Shown: piece after piece, positions 57,705 through 64,000 of the stretch
Layout of the letters: each line of letters starts with the position of its first letter
Numbering within the stretch: position 1 is the stretch's first letter
NCBI GenBank assembly: GCA_018266355.1
Contig: JAFEAP010000029.1
Coordinates: 400,909-464,908 of the forward strand
Reading direction: 5' to 3'
DNA length: 64,000 nucleotides
Source: Bdellovibrionales bacterium
GTDB taxonomy: Bacteria > Bdellovibrionota > UBA1018
Made by a program: the position numbers and the translations under genes
Notes under the pieces: model-generated
What the model saw: the letters and a program-made list of their open reading frames with translations, nothing else
The model's database searches: none
Told to the model about the DNA's origin: nothing

Positions 57705-59090
57705 ATGTCACGCAGCGTTTTGATCATCGACGACGAAGCCTCGATCCGGACCTCCCTCGAAGGGGCGTTGAAGGACGAAGGGTATCGCGTGCGCACGGCG
57801 CCCTCCGGGAAGGAGGGCCTCGAAGCCCTCCGTCAGGAAATCGCCGACGTCGTGATCCTCGACATCTGGATGCCGGGGATGGACGGGCTCGAGACCCTGA
57901 AGCTGATCAAGAACGAATGGCCGGACCAGTCCGTGATCATGATGTCGGGCCACGGCACGATCGACACCGCCGTAAGGGCGACGAAGCTCGGTGCGTTCGA
58001 TTTCCTCGAGAAGCCGCCGTCCCTCGAAAAACTCCTCGTGCTTCTGCAGAACGCCGCCTCGGTGCGCGATCTCGCGCGCGAAAACCAAGCGCTTCGGAAG
58101 CAGATCTCCCGCTCGCGCCAGCTGATCGGGAAAAGCGCGCCGATGACCCAGATCCAAGCCCTGATCCGCCAGGTCGCCCCGACGACCGGATCGGTCCTCA
58201 TCACCGGCGAAAACGGCACGGGCAAGGAACTCGTCGCCCACAGCGTGCACGCGCTCTCTTCGCGATACGTGAAGCCGTTCGTCGAAGTGAACTGCGCCGC
58301 GATTCCCGAGGAACTGATCGAGAGCGAACTCTTCGGTCACGAAAAGGGAGCCTTCACGGGCGCGACCCAGCTCCGCCGCGGGAAGTTCGACCTCGCGCAC
58401 GAAGGCACGCTCTTTCTCGACGAGATCGGCGACATGTCGATGAAGACCCAGGCGAAGATCCTCCGGATCGTCCAGGAGCAGAAGTTCGAGCGCGTGGGCG
58501 GGACCCAGACGATCTCCGTCGACGTCCGGATCGTCGCGGCGACGAACAAGGACCTGAAGGCCGAGATCGCGAAGGGGAACTTCCGCGAAGACTTATTCTA
58601 TCGATTGAACGTCATTCCTTTTCACGTCCCGCCGCTCCGGGAGCGTGCCGAGGACATCCCGCTCCTCGCCGAGCATTTCCTGAAGGAATTTTCGGTCACT
58701 CACGGGAAGAAGCTCCGGGCGCTCACGAAAGAGGCGGAGGGGTTGCTCAAGACTTATCCCTGGCCGGGAAACGTCCGGGAGCTCAAGAACCTCATCGAAC
58801 GGCTCATGATCCTCACCCCGGAAGTCGAGGACGGCGCGGCGATCACGGCGAACCACCTCCTCTCGCACCTCCAGCACGACACGATCCGTGTACCCGAGCG
58901 GGGGGGCGCGGCGGCCGCGACCGCGGCGAGAAACCTCCGCGACGCCCGCGGCGAGTTCGAGAAGGACTTCATCCTGAAGACGCTCAAGGAAAACGACTGG
59001 AACGTCTCGAAAGCGGCGTCGGTGCTCGGCATCGAGCGCTCCCACCTTCACAAGAAGATGAAGGCCTACGGGATCGAGCACGACGGCTGA
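57705..59090 (+). CDS. ntrX: Sigma-54-dependent response regulator (NtrX/NtrC family): REC, AAA+ and HTH domains
   Basis: Phospho-acceptor D in LDIWMPGMDG. Walker A GENGTGKE. GAFTGA motif. C-terminal HTH. Confidence 0.8.
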   Translation: MSRSVLIIDDEASIRTSLEGALKDEGYRVRTAPSGKEGLEALRQEIADVVILDIWMPGMDGLETLKLIKNEWPDQSVIMMSGHGTIDTAVRATKLGAFDFLEKPPSLEKLLVLLQNAASVRDLARENQALRKQISRSRQLIGKSAPMTQIQALIRQVAPTTGSVLITGENGTGKELVAHSVHALSSRYVKPFVEVNCAAIPEELIESELFGHEKGAFTGATQLRRGKFDLAHEGTLFLDEIGDMSMKTQAKILRIVQEQKFERVGGTQTISVDVRIVAATNKDLKAEIAKGNFREDLFYRLNVIPFHVPPLRERAEDIPLLAEHFLKEFSVTHGKKLRALTKEAEGLLKTYPWPGNVRELKNLIERLMILTPEVEDGAAITANHLLSHLQHDTIRVPERGGAAAATAARNLRDARGEFEKDFILKTLKENDWNVSKAASVLGIERSHLHKKMKAYGIEHDG

Positions 59091-59111
59091 GCGTCCGCTT
59101 TCGTCGCGGCG

Positions 59112-59849
59112 TTACCGACAAGCCGCCATTCGACGGAAGATCGCGCGGTCGGTTTCGTATTCTTCCGCGCTCGCGCCGTCGAGGTGGAGTTTCGCCATTC
59201 CGTTCACGAAGAAGTCTTTCGCGGGGGCATCGCCCGCGAGCGCGAAATCCTTGATCGCGGCGACTTCGGATTCGTCGAGGGATTTTCCTTCCCCGGCGCG
59301 GACGATCATGTCCTTCACCTGACGCGGTTCCCATTTCGATTTTCCGGTCGGGAGTTTGAAGATGCAGGTTTCCTTCGCGGCCGCGCATTTTCCGCCCGAG
59401 CAAGCGAACGCCTGTCGAAACGCCGGGACCCAGTTCTCGCCGACGTAGATCATGTCCTCGACGACGAGCTTTTCTCCTTCGACGTAGACGAGCGCGCGTT
59501 CGAGTTCGCCCTCGGTGTGGATCGGTTTCGAAGCCTTCCCGGCCGCGTCGACCGAGAGGATGTCGAATCCCGTGGCGAAGACCTTGCCGGGATAGCGTTC
59601 GTCGTCGGCCGAGTCGCCGCAAACGATCAGTCGCGAAGGGGCGGTGCCGACGGCGACGAGGGGCTGGCTTCCGGAGAGGGAGGCGATCCCGCCTGGGCAT
59701 TCCCCGGGTTTGCCGGAGGGAGCGGGGGCGGCGGCCACCGCGACCGGCGGCGGAGGGGCGACCGGAGAGGGGGACTCCGCCGGTTTCGTGCAGGCGGAGA
59801 GGGAGAGGATGTGGAGGACGGAGATCGTGGCGAACGCTCGGAATTGCAT
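59112..59849 (-). CDS. Lipoprotein, Pro-rich linker (unknown)
   Basis: Lipobox LSLSAC. PVAPPPPVAVAAAP linker. 245 aa. Confidence 0.55.
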   Translation of the reverse strand: MQFRAFATISVLHILSLSACTKPAESPSPVAPPPPVAVAAAPAPSGKPGECPGGIASLSGSQPLVAVGTAPSRLIVCGDSADDERYPGKVFATGFDILSVDAAGKASKPIHTEGELERALVYVEGEKLVVEDMIYVGENWVPAFRQAFACSGGKCAAAKETCIFKLPTGKSKWEPRQVKDMIVRAGEGKSLDESEVAAIKDFALAGDAPAKDFFVNGMAKLHLDGASAEEYETDRAIFRRMAACR

Positions 59850-59942
59850 AGGCCGAATCTAACTCTCGGGCGAAAGGGCCGAAAGGAAATCCAAGCCGAG
59901 GAAGCGTTGCGTCGACATCGGGATGATGGTAAGGCACGCCCC

Positions 59943-60455
59943 ATGAAAACTTTCTTCGTCTTGATGAGCGTCTTGGCCTCGATCACTGCGGCGTCCGCCG
60001 GAATCTCCGCTGCGAAGCGCGCGGCGATCGTTTCCCGCGCGGAGACCTATTTTCTCCTCGTCGGGAACGGGCAGCTCGCCGGTCCGGCCGAGTGCACGCC
60101 GCCATCGACCCAAGACTGCATCGTCTTCGTCGCCGGTTCCTATCCGTCGTCGGACGAGCGAATCACGGCCGCGAAGGCTTGCGTCGGCAACTACGGCGTG
60201 ACTTGCGCGAAGTGGGCGGCGGGTTCGTATCCGTCGTTCGACGAACGCGTGACCGCCGCCCGCGCCTGCCGCGATAACCGCACGACCGAATGCGCGGTTT
60301 TCGTCGCCGGTTCCTATCCGTCCTCCGACGAACGCCTCACCGCGGTTCGCGCGTGCGGGAACGCCGATATCGCGTGCGTGAAGTACGTCGCGGGTTCGTA
60401 TCCGTCGTTCGACGAACGCGTCGCCGCCGCGAAGTCCTGCTCTGACCAGAACTGA
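59943..60455 (+). CDS. Secreted Cys-bracketed tandem-repeat protein (second member of the family seen at 1..332)
   Basis: Signal peptide MKTFFVLMSVLASITAASA. Four ~30-aa repeats of the form C-x-x-F/Y-V-A-G-S-Y-P-S-S/F-D-E-R-V/I-T-A-A-K/R-A-C. Confidence 0.65.
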   Translation: MKTFFVLMSVLASITAASAGISAAKRAAIVSRAETYFLLVGNGQLAGPAECTPPSTQDCIVFVAGSYPSSDERITAAKACVGNYGVTCAKWAAGSYPSFDERVTAARACRDNRTTECAVFVAGSYPSSDERLTAVRACGNADIACVKYVAGSYPSFDERVAAAKSCSDQN

Positions 60456-60461
60456 GCGCCG

Positions 60462-61016
60462 TTACGGCGCCATCGTCAGGTAGTAGTAGCAGTAGTAGGA
60501 CGCGTAACCGTCGTCGATCGTCGCGATCTTCTCGACCCAGTAGTCCCCGCTCCGGCGGAGGTAGGACGCCGAGTTCGGGCCGATGACGGCCATCACGCTA
60601 TTTCCGGACGCGCAAACCGGGAACCAGGTGCTTCCCGGAAACGAGAGTCCGCGCGAGGAGAGGTGGTCGAAGTATCCGAGATCGTCGTCCCAAACGGTCT
60701 GGATCGAGGTCGCCGGATCGATCGGCCCGTTTCGGCCGCCGCCCGTGTGGACGAGGTAGGCCGCGCCTTTGACCGCGTCCTCGTGGGAGCGGTCGAAGCA
60801 CCGGCCCGCCATCCCGAGGGTGCCCGCCGCCGGGAAGGAAGGCATCGTCCCGACTTGGAAAAGCGCTTCGAGGCGGTCGAAATTCGCGCTGTTCGGAGCT
60901 TCGAACGAGGCGGCCGACGCTTCGGCCGATTTCACCTCGGTCGCCCGGGCCTCCGAGGCGAACGAGATGCCGAGCGGCAGGGAAATCATCAGGGCGATCA
61001 GGGGCGTGGAACGCAT
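60462..61016 (-). CDS. Secreted hypothetical protein (184 aa), Tyr/Cys-rich C-terminus
   Basis: Internal ATG of the 880-aa artefact ORF. AAAGGA SD. Signal peptide [23 protein letters not shown]. The rest of ORF 61017..63104 is antisense to proS. Confidence 0.55.
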   Translation of the reverse strand: MRSTPLIALMISLPLGISFASEARATEVKSAEASAASFEAPNSANFDRLEALFQVGTMPSFPAAGTLGMAGRCFDRSHEDAVKGAAYLVHTGGGRNGPIDPATSIQTVWDDDLGYFDHLSSRGLSFPGSTWFPVCASGNSVMAVIGPNSASYLRRSGDYWVEKIATIDDGYASYYCYYYLTMAP

Positions 61017-61154
61017 AAAGAATCCTTTCTTAAAGTCGACCCGCCGGGTCGTTTCGGGACGAACGAGGTTTGCTCGTCTAAGGGATGCACCTTCCGTTCC
61101 GGGTGCGCTGTCCCCTCGCAAAAGCCATCGCTTTGTGTCATGTTCGACGGGATT

Positions 61155-62627
61155 ATGGCTGAAAAGATTACGCCCCGGGCCCAGGACTTCTCGCAGTGGT
61201 ATCAAGACATCGTTCTTCAGGCGCGTCTCGCCGACTACAGTCCCGTGAAAGGCTGCATGGTCATTCGCGCGAACGGCTACTCCATTTGGGAGAAGATCCA
61301 GCAGGATCTCGATCGGCGGATCAAGAAGTCGGGCGCCTCGAACTACTACTTCCCGATGTTCATCCCGGAGTCCTTTTTGAAGAAGGAAGCCGAGCACGTC
61401 GAAGGGTTCGCGCCCGAGCTCGCGATCGTCACCCACGCCGGCGGGAAGAAGCTCGAAGAGCCGCTCGTCGTCCGTCCGACTTCCGAAACGATCATCAACT
61501 CGATGTTCGCGAAGTGGATCCAGTCCTACCGCGACCTCCCGCTCATGATTAACCAGTGGGCGAACGTCGTTCGCTGGGAGATGCGCACGCGTCTCTTCCT
61601 GCGCACGACCGAATTTCTCTGGCAAGAGGGCCACACCTGCCACGCGACGGCGGAAGAAGCCGAAGCCGAGACGCGCACGATGCTCGGAGTGTACCGCGAC
61701 TTCGCCGAAGAAATGCTCGCGATGCCGGTCTACTTCGGATTGAAATCCGATAACGAACGCTTCGCCGGCGCCCTGCGCACGTACTGCATCGAAGGGATGA
61801 TGCAGGATAAGAAGGCGCTCCAAGCCGGAACCTCGCACAACCTCTCGACGAACTTCGCGAAGGCCTTCGAGACGAAGTTCCTCGACAAGGACTCGACCCA
61901 GAAACTCGTGCACCAGACCTCCTGGGGCGTCTCCACCCGCCTCATCGGCGGCATGATCATGACCCACTCGGACGATAAGGGCCTCGTTCTCCCCCCGCGC
62001 CTCGCGCGCACGCACGTCGTGATCGTTCCGGTCACGCCGAAACCCGATACGAAAGCCGCGGTCCTCGAAGCCGCGCGCAAACTGAAGGCCGCGATCGAAG
62101 CCGATGCGACCGTGAAGGCCCTCCCGTACGAGATCGGCGTCCAAGTCGACGACGACGATACGAAGCAAGCCGGTTGGAAGTTCCACGAGCACGAACTCGT
62201 CGGTACCCCGGTCCGCATCGAGATCGGTCCGCGCGACCTCGAAAAAGGCACCGCGGTCTTCACCCGCCGAGACGTCGGCCAGAAGGAATTCATCCCGATG
62301 GCGGACCTGCCGGCGAAGATCGGCGGCGAGCTCGCGAAGATGCAGAAGGAACTCCTCGAGAAGGCGCGCGCCTTCCGCGACGCGAACACGACCGAAGTCG
62401 CGAGCTACGACGAATTCAAGTCGAAGATCGAGGGCGGCGGTTTCTTCGTCGCTTCCTGGTGCGGAAACTCCGAACTCGAGAAGAAGATCAAGGAAGAGAC
62501 GAAGGCGACCATCCGTTGCATCCGTCTCGACGATAAATTCGAACCGGTCCGGTCGGGCAAGCCCTGCTTCATGACTGGCGAAAAATCGGAGAAAAACGTC
62601 GTTGCGATCTTTGCGCGAGCCTACTAA
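61155..62627 (+). CDS. proS: Proline--tRNA ligase, archaeal/eukaryote-like type (no insertion/editing domain)
   Basis: Starts [16 protein letters not shown]. Class II motifs, C-terminal zinc-binding domain with terminal Tyr. 490 aa. Alternative ATG at 61140. Confidence 0.85.
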   Translation: MAEKITPRAQDFSQWYQDIVLQARLADYSPVKGCMVIRANGYSIWEKIQQDLDRRIKKSGASNYYFPMFIPESFLKKEAEHVEGFAPELAIVTHAGGKKLEEPLVVRPTSETIINSMFAKWIQSYRDLPLMINQWANVVRWEMRTRLFLRTTEFLWQEGHTCHATAEEAEAETRTMLGVYRDFAEEMLAMPVYFGLKSDNERFAGALRTYCIEGMMQDKKALQAGTSHNLSTNFAKAFETKFLDKDSTQKLVHQTSWGVSTRLIGGMIMTHSDDKGLVLPPRLARTHVVIVPVTPKPDTKAAVLEAARKLKAAIEADATVKALPYEIGVQVDDDDTKQAGWKFHEHELVGTPVRIEIGPRDLEKGTAVFTRRDVGQKEFIPMADLPAKIGGELAKMQKELLEKARAFRDANTTEVASYDEFKSKIEGGGFFVASWCGNSELEKKIKEETKATIRCIRLDDKFEPVRSGKPCFMTGEKSEKNVVAIFARAY

Positions 62628-63432
62628 GCGGCTGCTGAAATCGCCGGCGAAATCCGGCCCGAAAAAGACCGAACTCATCGTCGCGCTCGATTTCCCGGAA
62701 GGGGAAAGCGCGCTAAAGGTAATGCGCACGTGCGCCGATTTGCCGGTGGTCTGGAAGATCGGCTCCGAACTCTTCCTCGCCGAAGGTCCGGACTGGGTCC
62801 GCGAGCGGACGAAGGAAGGCTTCCGGATCTTCCTCGACCTGAAGTTCCATGACATCCCGAACACGGTGATGAAGTCCGCGGTGCAGGCGGCTTCGCTCGG
62901 CATCGAGATGTTCACTCTCCACCTCGCGGGGGGGCCGAACATGATCCGCGCCGTCCGAGACGAGCTCGAGAAGAAGGTCACCGGAAAGAAGGAAGGTAAG
63001 CGGCCCTCGAGCGAAGCTCGGCGGCCATTGATCCTCGGCGTCTCCGTCCTGACCTCGTTCGACCAACCGACGTGGGACGACGTGAGCTTCGCCGTGGGCG
63101 GCAAGACCGCGAAGGTCGCCGACTCCGTGAAACGGCTCGTGTCCCAAGCCCGTTATTGGGGCGTCGACGGCGTCGTTTGCAGTCCCCACGAGATCAAGAC
63201 CGTCCGCGCGGCCGATCCGCTCCTGTTCACCGTCGTCCCGGGCATCCGTCCGAAAGGCGCGAAGGCGGGCGATCAGGCGCGGGTGATGACGCCGAAGGAA
63301 GCGGCGACCCTCGGCGCCGGCGCGATCGTCTGCGGTCGTCCGGTCACCGAGTCGAAGACGCCGAAAACGGTGATCGAAAAGATCCTGCGCGAGCTGGATA
63401 CGCCGGTCGGCATGCCGGTGAAGGAGAGTTAG
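62602..63432 (+). CDS. pyrF: Orotidine 5'-phosphate decarboxylase (long type)
   Basis: LIVALDF and [11 protein letters not shown] motifs. Start uncertain: TTG at 62602 or 62611. No ATG or GTG is available. Either start overlaps the proS 3' end by about 17-26 nt. Confidence 0.7.
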   Translation: MRSLREPTKRLLKSPAKSGPKKTELIVALDFPEGESALKVMRTCADLPVVWKIGSELFLAEGPDWVRERTKEGFRIFLDLKFHDIPNTVMKSAVQAASLGIEMFTLHLAGGPNMIRAVRDELEKKVTGKKEGKRPSSEARRPLILGVSVLTSFDQPTWDDVSFAVGGKTAKVADSVKRLVSQARYWGVDGVVCSPHEIKTVRAADPLLFTVVPGIRPKGAKAGDQARVMTPKEAATLGAGAIVCGRPVTESKTPKTVIEKILRELDTPVGMPVKES

Positions 63433-63436
63433 TCCG

Positions 63437-64000
63437 ATGTCCTCGAACCTGATTTCCGTGCGCAATCCGCACAGCGTCCTCGCGGCCCTCGAAAGGCGTC
63501 CGGCCGACGTCGTCTCCGTCCAAGTCAGCGCGGGCGGCGGCGACGAGGCGTGGAAACGGGTCGCCGACCTCGCCCGAAAGCACAAGGTCCCGGTTCACGC
63601 GGCCTCGGCCGAGCGCCCCGGCGGAGCGAACGACCGCGGCCGTCGCGAGTTCCGGCCGGATTACTCGAAAGAGGCGGGCCGCACCTCCTTCAACGAGGCG
63701 AAGGTCCAGCCGATCGAAAGCGTCTCGGCCGAGGACCTCTTTCGCGACGCGCGCGAGCGCGCGGGCGGGAAAGGGATCTGGCTCGCCCTCGATTCGCTCA
63801 CGGACCCGCACAACGTCGGCGCGATATTCCGGATTGCCGGTTTTTTCGGGATCGAGGGAATACTGATGACTTCCGAACGCTCCTCTCCGCTCACCGGGAC
63901 CGTCTACGACGTCTCGTGCGGCGGAGTGGAGACGGTCCCGCATACGGAGCAAGTGAACCTCCAGCGCGCGTTCGAGATCGCGAAGGAAGAGGGGATGTGG
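63437..64000 (+). CDS. SpoU/TrmH-family rRNA 2'-O-methyltransferase (RlmB-like), 3'-truncated by window end
   Basis: AAGGAG SD. N-terminal substrate-binding-like domain, then the start of the SPOUT domain (LDSLTDPHNVGAIFRIAGFFG). Confidence 0.6.
   Translation, partial: MSSNLISVRNPHSVLAALERRPADVVSVQVSAGGGDEAWKRVADLARKHKVPVHAASAERPGGANDRGRREFRPDYSKEAGRTSFNEAKVQPIESVSAEDLFRDARERAGGKGIWLALDSLTDPHNVGAIFRIAGFFGIEGILMTSERSSPLTGTVYDVSCGGVETVPHTEQVNLQRAFEIAKEEGMW

Noticed and set aside
63344-63952. 202-aa minus ORF
   Set aside because: Antisense of pyrF and the rlmB-like gene.
1-64000. CRISPR arrays, tRNA/rRNA genes, transposases/integrases
   Set aside because: No regularly spaced short direct repeats with unique spacers. 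No cloverleaf-like or rRNA-like segments. No recognisable recombinase motifs. Short hairpins are plausible in intergenic regions (e.g. 3975-3998 GACCGTCTAA…TTAGACGGTC, 60459-60473 GCGCCG-tta-CGGCGC), but they lack U-tracts, so they were not called as terminators.

Overview
This is a high-GC (about 65%) chromosomal window from a diderm (Gram-negative) bacterium. That much follows from TonB-ExbB-ExbD plus a TonB-dependent receptor, an MsbA-like exporter, an LPS-heptose GmhB domain and many lipoboxes. Phylum is uncertain; the gene content is compatible with a deltaproteobacteria-like lineage (Myxococcota/Bdellovibrionota) or another high-GC proteobacterium.

High GC produces long spurious antisense ORFs on nearly every gene, so I called genes by signal peptides, conserved motifs, SD sequences, start/stop coupling and GC3. 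About 60 genes are supported. Housekeeping: leuS, proS (archaeal-type, no editing domain), rsgA, recO, pyrD, pyrF, rsmB, a partial rlmB-like gene, acyl-CoA dehydrogenase, a GalE-GmhB fusion, GNAT acetyltransferases, a Cys/Met PLP enzyme, VOC and RibD_C proteins, and a hotdog thioesterase. Envelope and signalling: a motAB pair, exbB-exbD-tonB with a TonB-dependent receptor and lipoprotein, an MsbA-like ABC exporter, an AEC transporter, and an ntrY/ntrX-like two-component pair.

The accessory content is unusually rich in secreted proteins:
- A 6-blade tectonin-like beta-propeller encoded by near-identical 120-nt tandem repeats.
- Two members of a Cys-bracketed repeat family, one at each window edge.
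- An 1180-aa RCC1 / ASH-like lipoprotein.
- An operon of a 1205-aa unknown protein with a 1088-aa S8 subtilase, plus a second S8 protease.
- Several HExxH and papain-like peptidases and many small lipoproteins.

No rRNA, tRNA, CRISPR or transposase was recognised. The items most worth a second look:
- A fully equipped 23-aa poly-lysine micro-gene (promoter, UTR hairpin, SD, bidirectional terminator).
- An M24 peptidase gene split by a single in-frame TAA.
- An AT-rich 530-nt intergenic region upstream of the second subtilase, with TTCnGAA-type inverted and direct repeats and an SD-preceded 39-codon ORF.
- A low-GC islet with two small secreted Cys proteins.
- A sigma-54-type -24/-12 element upstream of a 744-aa secreted protein.
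- The GalE-GmhB fusion.

Coordinates of hand-derived small elements may be off by 1-3 nt.
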